A stretch of DNA of 64,000 bases, taken from positions 32,001 to 96,000 of the forward strand of contig CAWDDT010000007.1 of NCBI GenBank assembly GCA_963801165.1, read 5' to 3'. Shown piece after piece: positions 56,583-64,000 of the stretch (position 1 is the stretch's first letter; the number at the start of each line of letters is the position of its first letter). A model generated the notes under the pieces. The model was given only the letters and a program-made list of their open reading frames with translations, was not told the DNA's origin and made no database searches. Origin of the DNA: an uncultured bacterium (GTDB lineage Bacteria; Actinomycetota; Acidimicrobiia; Spongiisociales; UBA5794). A program made the position numbers and the translations under genes.

Positions 56583-57490
56583 GCATCGATAGCGCGCCCA
56601 CGAACGCACGCCCGAGCCTGCACACCAGAAGCGCAAACGCCGCCAAACGCAAGCGGAAAGATCGGATGATGACGGGTTTGTTGATCTTCTGCGTCACGCT
56701 TGTTCTGATCCCGATTGCTCTTATCTTGTACCAGGTGGTCCAGCGGGGAATCGGGGCGATGTCCTGGGAGTTCCTGTCCAAGGTGCAGCCTTTCGCGCAG
56801 CGGCGTGAGGGTGGCGGCTACCTCAACGGTCTCTTCGGAACGCTTTATCTGCTCGTGATCGCCGTCACGGTCGCAGTGCCGCTCGGTATCGCCACAGCCA
56901 CCTTCATTGTCGAGTACAAGGACAGCAAGCTGAGCCCGGTCATCCGGTTCTTCACCGACGTCATGAGCGGGGTTCCCTCCATCTTCATCGGCCTCTACAT
57001 CTATGCGCTCCTCGTCCAGGGCCGGATCGGATTCTCCATCGGCTTCTCGACACTCGCCGGTGGGCTCGCTCTCAGCCTGCTGATGCTGCCGATTGTGGCG
57101 CGGGCTTCCGAGGAGGTGCTGCGTCTGGTCCCGGACGATCTCCGCAACGCCGCGTTCGGTTTGGGAGCACGACGATGGCAAGTGGTCACCAAGACGGTGC
57201 TACCGGCCGCGTCGAGCGGTCTCATCACAGGATCGATGCTGGCCGTGGGTCGAGCCGCCGGAGAGACCGCACCGCTCCTTCTCACCGCATTGGGGGCATT
57301 TGTCGTAACACCGGCGCTGGTGAACTCCCCCCAGTCGGCGTTGCCCCTCCTCATATACAACGAAGCACGAGGGCCATTCGACGCGGCGCACGCCAGAGCC
57401 TGGGCGGGGGCACTCGAGCTCATGCTGCTGGTCCTCATCCTCACCATCGTCGCTCGAGCGGTGAACCGGAACCACGACATGGAGCAGTAG
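56579..57490 (+). CDS. pstA: Phosphate ABC permease
   Basis: GVPSIFIGL, EEVLRLVP, GRAAGETAPLL. Confidence 0.95.
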   Translation: MSIDSAPTNARPSLHTRSANAAKRKRKDRMMTGLLIFCVTLVLIPIALILYQVVQRGIGAMSWEFLSKVQPFAQRREGGGYLNGLFGTLYLLVIAVTVAVPLGIATATFIVEYKDSKLSPVIRFFTDVMSGVPSIFIGLYIYALLVQGRIGFSIGFSTLAGGLALSLLMLPIVARASEEVLRLVPDDLRNAAFGLGARRWQVVTKTVLPAASSGLITGSMLAVGRAAGETAPLLLTALGAFVVTPALVNSPQSALPLLIYNEARGPFDAAHARAWAGALELMLLVLILTIVARAVNRNHDMEQ

Positions 57491-57520
57491 CAATGTCGAC
57501 AGCCGATTGGAAGAGAGCGC

Positions 57521-58450
57521 ATGCACGACGAACAGAGCACTACGAGGGATACGGAGCGGGGCGAGACGATGGCAGGTGAAACCGCCACCGCACGAAGTGC
57601 CCAGCCGTCCGCTCGACCGACTGCGCGGCTCGACGCGGCGGTTCCCGGCTCTGCAACCGGGCTGGAGCCGGCCGCCGACGTCGTGATGGCAACACGGAGC
57701 ATGGAGGTCTACTACCGCGACTTCCGTGCGATCGACCCGATGGACATCGACTTCAGCGCCAGGCAGATCACCGCTCTGATCGGTCCCTCCGGTTGCGGAA
57801 AGTCGACCGCGCTTCGCTCGCTCAACCGGATGAACGACCTCATCGCCGGAGCGAGAGTCATCGGCTCGGTCACCTACCACGGCGAGGACATATACGACAA
57901 CGGCATCGACCCGGTGGAGATACGGCGCAGGATCGGGATGGTGTTCCAGAAGCCGAACCCTTTCCCCAAGTCGATATTCGACAACATCGCCTTTGGCCCC
58001 AGGATCGGCGGATTCAAGGGCAACATGGCCGAGTTGGTCGAGGAGTCCTTGCTGAAGGCCGCGCTTTGGGACGAGGTCAAGGACAAGCTGAACGAGTCAG
58101 CGTTCGCTCTCTCCGGCGGCCAGCAGCAACGGCTCTGTATCGCCAGGGCGATCGCTACCAGCCCCGACGTGCTGTTGATGGACGAGCCGTGCTCGGCGCT
58201 CGACCCGATTGCCACGCTGCGGATCGAGGAGCTGATGATGGAGCTCAAGGAGAACTACTCGATCATCATCGTCACTCACAACATGCAGCAGGCGGCCCGG
58301 GTATCGGACATGACCGCGTTCTTCAATGTCGCACTGAACGACAGGGGGCAGCGGACGGGTCATCTCGTCGAGTTCAGCCCCACCGACCAACTCTTCACGT
58401 CGCCGAGAGAGAAAGCCACCGAGGACTACATAACCGGCCGGTTCGGCTGA
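57521..58450 (+). CDS. pstB: Phosphate ABC ATP-binding protein (start may be 57569)
   Basis: [42 protein letters not shown]. Confidence 0.96.
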   Translation: MHDEQSTTRDTERGETMAGETATARSAQPSARPTARLDAAVPGSATGLEPAADVVMATRSMEVYYRDFRAIDPMDIDFSARQITALIGPSGCGKSTALRSLNRMNDLIAGARVIGSVTYHGEDIYDNGIDPVEIRRRIGMVFQKPNPFPKSIFDNIAFGPRIGGFKGNMAELVEESLLKAALWDEVKDKLNESAFALSGGQQQRLCIARAIATSPDVLLMDEPCSALDPIATLRIEELMMELKENYSIIIVTHNMQQAARVSDMTAFFNVALNDRGQRTGHLVEFSPTDQLFTSPREKATEDYITGRFG

Positions 58451-58463
58451 TCCGGGGGAGACG

Positions 58464-59195
58464 ATGACCACACACCGCAAGCTGGGCTCGGAGACCCCGA
58501 TGATGAGCGACCGGGGCCGCCACCATTTCGAAGAACAGCTCCACACGATCCAGCAGCAGCTCGTGACGATGGGCTCGCTCGTCCTCGAGAATGTGCGTCT
58601 TGCCGGCGATGCCATGGTCGAGGACCGGCTCGATCTCGTGGAGAAGGTGAGGGACGCGGACAACCGGGTCGACGAGATGTACCTGGAGACCGAGAAGCTC
58701 ACCTTTGGCACGCTGGCCCGTCAGCAGCCGGTTGCCGGAGACCTTCGCTTCCTGGTTGCAGCCACCCGCATTCTCTACGAGCTGGAACGTTCCGGTGACC
58801 TGGCGTACAACTGTGTGAAGATGCTCCAGCGCCTCTATGGCTTCTCGCAGCACGCCGTGATCACGCCACTGCTCGAGGCGACTGTTCTGGCGAGCTGCAA
58901 GGTGTTCGCTATGGGCATCGACGCCCTGGCCGATCTCGACCCCGACGCTGGGACGAAGATCGATGAGGCCGACGACGAGGTTGATGATCTCGTTTCCCGG
59001 TTCTACACCGTCGTCGGCAAGCACAGTGCTGAGATCGGTCTGGAGCAGGCGATCGGCCTGTCCCGGGTAGGCCGCTTCCTGGAGCGGATCGCAGACCACG
59101 CCGTCAACATCGGCGAGCACATCACTTACGTCGTGACCGCCGAGCTGCCCGGGGAAAGTCACAACGCAGCAGGCAACAACGCCCTCGAAGACTGA
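58464..59195 (+). CDS. phoU: Phosphate signalling regulator
   Basis: LARQQPVAGDLR, ELERSGD, LERIADHAVNI. Confidence 0.95.
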   Translation: MTTHRKLGSETPMMSDRGRHHFEEQLHTIQQQLVTMGSLVLENVRLAGDAMVEDRLDLVEKVRDADNRVDEMYLETEKLTFGTLARQQPVAGDLRFLVAATRILYELERSGDLAYNCVKMLQRLYGFSQHAVITPLLEATVLASCKVFAMGIDALADLDPDAGTKIDEADDEVDDLVSRFYTVVGKHSAEIGLEQAIGLSRVGRFLERIADHAVNIGEHITYVVTAELPGESHNAAGNNALED

Positions 59196-59252
59196 GCTGC
59201 CCGCCATACGGTCGACTCGTCGTCGGGAATCCGAACCACGACACTGAGCATC

Positions 59253-60056
59253 ATGTCCGATACCGCGCCGCAGACCGGCATGCCATCGCTCCGTACGATC
59301 GCGTTGCCGGTCGAGCACGGTGGCTGGGGCTTCACCCTCGAGCCGGTCCTGCTCGGGCTGCTGGTCGCTCCATCCTTGGCCGCGTGGGCTCTGGCGCTGA
59401 CGGCGGTCGCTGTGTTTCTCGCCCGCAGGCCGACCAAGCTCGTGCTGGCCGATGTCCTACGGAATCGATGGCGGTCTCGCACCACCGTTGCCGCAGCCTT
59501 CACCGCTCTGTACGGAGTAATCGCCGTGGCCGGTATCACCGGTGCGCTGGCGAGCGGCGACAGGCGGCTTCTCGTCGCATACGGTGTTGCCGTTCCGCTT
59601 GCATTGGTTGCGGTGGCGGCTGATGTGAACCGAAAGAGCCGTACCCTGCTTGCTGAAGTCTGCGGTGCGACGGCAATGGGGGCCACGGTCACCGCCATGG
59701 CGAGCGCCGCCGGTTGGGAATATCAGGAGGCCGTTGGTCTCTGGCTCGTCCTCTTGGGGCGAGATCTGACCGCGATTGTCCTCGTCAGAGAGCAGATCCG
59801 GCGCGCCCACGGGCGACCCGGTGAGGTGTCTCGCGTTTACCTGGTTTGCGCACTAGCCATGATCGCGATGGCTGCGCTCGCCGCCGCGGGTTTCGTGCCC
59901 TGGCTTTCCGTGCTGGCTCTGGCCGGGATCGCATCACTGGCACGTGTCTCGCTGACCCGACCGCCCATCCCTGCCCGTGCGGTGGGCTGGACCCAGATGG
60001 TCACCGGTCTCGTGGTGGTGGTACTGACTGCCGTCGGGGTCAGGCTCGGTTGGTGA
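59253..60056 (+). CDS. YwiC-like membrane protein
   Basis: LP.EHGGWG...EP N-terminal motif, many TMs, VGWTQ near the C-terminus. Confidence 0.75.
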   Translation: MSDTAPQTGMPSLRTIALPVEHGGWGFTLEPVLLGLLVAPSLAAWALALTAVAVFLARRPTKLVLADVLRNRWRSRTTVAAAFTALYGVIAVAGITGALASGDRRLLVAYGVAVPLALVAVAADVNRKSRTLLAEVCGATAMGATVTAMASAAGWEYQEAVGLWLVLLGRDLTAIVLVREQIRRAHGRPGEVSRVYLVCALAMIAMAALAAAGFVPWLSVLALAGIASLARVSLTRPPIPARAVGWTQMVTGLVVVVLTAVGVRLGW

Positions 60057-60166
60057 GATCTGCTGGTGTGTCGGCTCTTCGGTCGGCCGTGTGAGGTCCG
60101 ATCGTCAGAATCGCTCAACCGGGTGTGCCACGATGTTGGTGAATCGAGGCGCAGGAGGTGACCAGG

Positions 60167-60829
60167 ATGCCGGAGAGGCCGGGGGCGGGTGGCGGCCACC
60201 TGTTCGGGTGGCGGCAGCCGACTAGTCACGAGCGGATGACGGGTGTGCCCTGGGATGCGTCGTACCAGGATGGTCCCGCACCTTGGGATACCGGTGGACC
60301 TCAGCCCGCAGTCGTGCGAGTGGCCGCTGAAGGCGGATTCGCCGGGGTCGTGCTCGATGCCGGATGCGGAACCGGCGAGAACGCCCTTCACGTCGCCTCA
60401 CTCGGATTGAAGGTGCTCGGAGTCGATGTGGCTGGGACCGCCCTGGCGATCGCCAGACAGAAAGCCGTCGACCGTGGGATCGATGCCGAGTTCGCTGCGG
60501 CCGATGCGCTCGGGCTCGAGCGGTTGGGCCGCAGGTTCGACACCGTTTTGGACTGTGGACTGTTTCACACCTTCGACGGCGACGAGCGACCCCAATACGT
60601 GGCGAGCCTGGCGGCAGTGACCGAGCACGGTGGGAAGCTGTTTGTGTTGTGCTTCAGTGACCGTGGTCCCAACACAGGCCCACACCCCATTAGCGAGGAA
60701 GAGTTGAGAACGGCGTTCGACCCCGGCGCCGGATGGGATGTCGGTGCCATCGAACCGGACCGGGTCCATACGAGATTCCACGACGACGCCGGTGCGCCGG
60801 CCTGGTTTGCCGCCATCAACCGGATCTAG
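60167..60829 (+). CDS. Class I SAM-dependent methyltransferase
   Basis: PWD.G.PQP, VLDAGCGTGEN, FDTVLDCGLFH. Confidence 0.88.
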   Translation: MPERPGAGGGHLFGWRQPTSHERMTGVPWDASYQDGPAPWDTGGPQPAVVRVAAEGGFAGVVLDAGCGTGENALHVASLGLKVLGVDVAGTALAIARQKAVDRGIDAEFAAADALGLERLGRRFDTVLDCGLFHTFDGDERPQYVASLAAVTEHGGKLFVLCFSDRGPNTGPHPISEEELRTAFDPGAGWDVGAIEPDRVHTRFHDDAGAPAWFAAINRI

Positions 60830-60864
60830 GTGGGAACTCGTTGGGCCAGTCGATGCTCCGGGCT

Positions 60865-61167
60865 CTAGCCGAACCAGTGGACACGGCACCACGTGCGGCG
60901 CTCGCATTCGGGGCACTGCATCCAGCGGCTGTATTGCTTGCCGGGAACCCAGAAGGAGATGAAGGCCACCCGCACCCCGAGCTCGAGGGTTGTCATCCGC
61001 GTGTGGGCGAGACACCGCGAGCATTCCACGACGACGGTGCCGCGCCGTCTCGGTCCTGCGCTGAAGAATGCGCGCTTGCCCTGCTCCGGCGACGAACCGG
61101 ACGCGACGTCGCCGGGCGCCGGGGGTGAGAACAGGGCCTTCTTGCCCATCGGATCAGTGCCGCTCAC
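60865..61167 (-). CDS. Small Zn-ribbon-like hypothetical protein
   Basis: CSRC and CPEC pairs; duplicated GKKALFS/GKRAFFS; AGAGGAG before the GTG; overlaps the ParA stop. Confidence 0.65.
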   Translation of the reverse strand: MSGTDPMGKKALFSPPAPGDVASGSSPEQGKRAFFSAGPRRRGTVVVECSRCLAHTRMTTLELGVRVAFISFWVPGKQYSRWMQCPECERRTWCRVHWFG

Positions 61168-61945
61168 TGCTTCTCCTCTTTCCGGCCCGTACCGCACCGT
61201 CGATGGCCTTTGCCAGCGATCGGTAGGCAACAGCGGGTTTGGACGAGCGGGCGTGCCGCAATACGGACTTGCCGTACGCCGGTGCTTCGGCTGCTCGTAC
61301 CGACTTCGGTATCGGTGGATCGAATACCTTCAGTTCGTGCTGGCTCGCAACCGTTTCGAGCACTTGCCGGGCCAAGCGCGTGCGACCGTCGTACATCGTT
61401 GCGACGCCACCAAGAACACCGAGAGAGTCGTTGGTGTAGGCGCGCACATCGCCGATCGTCTCCAGGAGTTGCCCTACGCCCCGATGGCTGAGCGTGTCGC
61501 ACTGGAACGGTATCACCACCCAGTCCGCCGCGGTCAGAGCGTTGATCGTCAGGATCCCGAGAGAAGGCCCGCAGTCGATGAGCATGTAGTCGTAGTTATC
61601 GTGCAGCGGCTTGAGCGCCCGCGCCAGAACGAACTCGCGGCCCGTCCTGGTCATGAGATGAACCTCGGCGCCGGCGAGGTCGATCGAGGAGGGGAGCAAG
61701 TCGGGACCATCGTGGCTCTCGATCAACACCGATCGAGCAGGGGTACGGCCGACAAAGACGTCGTGGAGCGTGGCCTCCAGATTCTCGCCGTTGACGCCCG
61801 AGGCATAGGTGAGACAGGCCTGTGGATCGAGATCGACGAGAAGCACCGACCGGCCCATGTCCGCGAGCGCATCGCCGAGCGTATGCACGGTCGTGGTCTT
61901 GGCGACGCCGCCCTTCTGGTTGGCGAATGCGATCACTGACGCCAT
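61154..61945 (-). CDS. ParA/Soj family ATPase (orphan)
   Basis: NQKGGVAKTT deviant Walker A, VDLDPQ, IDCGP, IPKSVRAAEAP. Confidence 0.92.
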   Translation of the reverse strand: MASVIAFANQKGGVAKTTTVHTLGDALADMGRSVLLVDLDPQACLTYASGVNGENLEATLHDVFVGRTPARSVLIESHDGPDLLPSSIDLAGAEVHLMTRTGREFVLARALKPLHDNYDYMLIDCGPSLGILTINALTAADWVVIPFQCDTLSHRGVGQLLETIGDVRAYTNDSLGVLGGVATMYDGRTRLARQVLETVASQHELKVFDPPIPKSVRAAEAPAYGKSVLRHARSSKPAVAYRSLAKAIDGAVRAGKRRSSERH

Positions 61946-61988
61946 GACACGGAGTGTAGTTGCGGGCGCGGCCGCGGCTGCTGGGAGG

Positions 61989-63413
61989 TCAGTCCCAATC
62001 TGTGTGGAACAGCTCTCCGGGCGGTCCGTCGACCCGCTCGTAGGTGTGTGCCCCGAAGAAGTCGCGCTGTGCCTGGATGAGGTTCGCCGGAACGCGGGCC
62101 GACCGGTATCCGTCGAAGAAAGCCAGGGCAGCACTGTATGCGGGCACCGCGATGCCGGCCGCCACCGCCCGGTTCACGGTTCGTCTCCAGCCGGGTTGGG
62201 CTTCGTCGATCGCAGCTGCGAAGTAGTCGCTGACAAGGATGTTCCCCAGATCGCCGTCGGCGGCGAACACATCCATGAGCTCCCCTAGAAAGCGGGAGCG
62301 GATGATGCAACCACCTCGCCACATCGAGGCGATCGAGGCGAAGTCGAGATCCCAACCGTGGGCCGCCGCCGCACCGGACAGGATCATGAATCCCTGCGCG
62401 TACGCGACGATCTTGGACGCGTACACGGCGTCGTGCAGGTCGCGGATCACCGCATCGGCCGGATCCGGGATGCGCACGGCAGGAGCGGAGAAGCGGGAAG
62501 AGGCCACCCTCCGCTGCTCGAGTAGCGACGAGACGATGCGGGCATACACCGCGGCGGCGGCGATGGTGGTGGGTTCGCCGAGATCCATGGACGATTTCAC
62601 CGCCCACTTGCCGGTACCTTTCTGACCAGCCCGGTCGAGGATCTTCTCGAGCAATGGGGTGCCATCGGTGTCGAGCCGCTTCATGATCGCTGCGGTGATT
62701 TCAACCAGGTACGAGTCGAGCGGTCCGTCGTTCCAACGGGCAAACACCGCGGACATGTCGTCGTGGTTGAGCCCGAGCCCACGGTGCATCACGTCGTAGG
62801 CCTCGGCGAGCACCTGCATGTCGCCGTACTCGATCCCGTTGTGAACGGTCTTGACGAAGTGGCCGGCGCCGTCGCTGCCGATCCATTCGCAGCAGGGTGT
62901 ACCGTCGACGTCGGCGGCGATGTCCTGGAAGATGGGCCTTACCGACGGCCATGCGCTTGCGGTTCCGGCGGGCATGATGGAAGGCCCGGTCCGTGCCCCG
63001 GCCTCTCCCCCCGATATCCCGGCGCCGATGAAGGCCAGGCCCGCCGCTTCGAGCCTACGGGCCCGATCGATGGTGTCGGTGTAGAGCGAGTTGCCGCCGT
63101 CGATAATGATGTCACCCTCATCGAGCATTGGCTGTAGCCTCCCGATGAGGTCCTCCACGGGACTGCCCGACTTCACCATGAGCAGGATTCGGCGTGGCTT
63201 TGCAAGCGATGCGACGAGTTCCTCGAGCGAGTGGGTGCCGATCACAGCGGTGTCTCGGGCGGGACCGCCGAGGAAGTCGTCCACAGTGCTGGCCGTACGG
63301 TTCCATACGGCCACCACGTAGCCGTGGTCGTCCATGTTCAGCACGAGGTTGCTCCCCATGACGCCGAGACCCACCACGCCTATGTCTGCTTTCGGTGTCA
63401 TTTCCGTGATCAT
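61989..63413 (-). CDS. gnd: 6-phosphogluconate dehydrogenase, NADP-dependent (start may be 63401)
   Basis: GLGVMG, IIDGGN, GAGHFVKTVHNGIEYGDMQ, GQKGTG, NLIQAQRDFFGAHTYER. Confidence 0.96.
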   Translation of the reverse strand: MITEMTPKADIGVVGLGVMGSNLVLNMDDHGYVVAVWNRTASTVDDFLGGPARDTAVIGTHSLEELVASLAKPRRILLMVKSGSPVEDLIGRLQPMLDEGDIIIDGGNSLYTDTIDRARRLEAAGLAFIGAGISGGEAGARTGPSIMPAGTASAWPSVRPIFQDIAADVDGTPCCEWIGSDGAGHFVKTVHNGIEYGDMQVLAEAYDVMHRGLGLNHDDMSAVFARWNDGPLDSYLVEITAAIMKRLDTDGTPLLEKILDRAGQKGTGKWAVKSSMDLGEPTTIAAAAVYARIVSSLLEQRRVASSRFSAPAVRIPDPADAVIRDLHDAVYASKIVAYAQGFMILSGAAAAHGWDLDFASIASMWRGGCIIRSRFLGELMDVFAADGDLGNILVSDYFAAAIDEAQPGWRRTVNRAVAAGIAVPAYSAALAFFDGYRSARVPANLIQAQRDFFGAHTYERVDGPPGELFHTDWD

Positions 63414-63683
63414 CTCCCGTCGAATCTTGGCACATCGCCCGGCCGCAAAGGACGATGTCACACGGGTGGCTGCGACTGTTGCGACGCTATGTCGGGATAG
63501 TGGGTCGGGCGACTCATTTCGAAATTTCCTACCGCCCGCACGGCTTTCGGTAGTACCTTGCTATGTGTGAGAGAGGACTCTCACGTGTTGCGTGTCTGAC
63601 GTGTTGCGTGTCTGGTGGTGCGAGTGACCTTCGGTAACAATCGGAAGTCGGCGCTGAGCGTGGCCGCTAGGGCGGCTCGGCGG

Positions 63684-64000
63684 ATGAAGCGCGGCCGCGT
63701 GGCGCGTCGCGCGGCAGTCTGGCTTTGGCTGCTGGCCCTTTCGGGGTTTGTCGCTGCCGGGCTCGTCGGATGGTGGAAATGGACCGCCCCCGCCGTTCTG
63801 CCCCACGCCCTTGCGTGGTGGGGTTTGCTCATCGGCTTCTACATATCTGAATGGCTTGTAGTCACGATCCGATACGGTAACCGGGCTCACGCATTCTCGA
63901 TGGGAGCGATTCTGCTGGTGGTTGGGCTTCTGGTCGTGAGACCTGTCGAGCTCCTCGCCGTTGTTGCTCTCTCCACTGTGGTGTATATCGGATCGAAGCG
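63684..64000 (+). CDS. N-terminal membrane sensor region of a probable signalling protein, truncated by the window end
   Basis: Open frame MKRGRVARRAAVWLWLL...SEWLVVTIRYGNRAHAFSMG.ILLVVGL with several TMs; product inferred. Confidence 0.5.
   Translation, partial: MKRGRVARRAAVWLWLLALSGFVAAGLVGWWKWTAPAVLPHALAWWGLLIGFYISEWLVVTIRYGNRAHAFSMGAILLVVGLLVVRPVELLAVVALSTVVYIGSK

Overview
GC-rich bacterial chromosomal segment, most likely an Actinobacterium of the Acidimicrobiia type (inferred from AACG-lipobox lipoproteins with Thr-rich linkers, apparent leaderless starts and a Streptomyces-style PHO box). In order it holds: (1) a complete corrinoid-dependent methyltransferase/O-demethylase operon (DUF1638, RACo activator, THF methyltransferase, corrinoid protein, URO-D-family MT1) behind a cluster of REP-like repeats; (2) a small accessory patch with a lipoprotein pseudogene, a MazEF module and an IS110 element whose left end shows readable bridge-RNA target and donor guides; (3) TetR-regulated oxidoreductase and ABC exporter genes; (4) a ~17 kb uncharacterised catabolic cluster (aldehyde DH, XRE-cupin regulator, SDR, lhgO, beta-hydroxyacid DH, bicupin, M24 hydrolase, fused E1 alpha/beta, amidohydrolase, sugar-type ABC importer) in which one permease is fused in frame to a second amidohydrolase; (5) an operon of a tartrate/isopropylmalate-DH-family enzyme, a divergent archaeal-type PGK and a split transketolase; (6) a large RCC1/Ig/RTX surface protein; and (7) housekeeping genes (pgi, pstSCAB-phoU, an orphan ParA with a small Zn-ribbon partner, gnd). 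No rRNA, tRNA or CRISPR array was seen. All family calls come from motif recognition by eye, not database searches.
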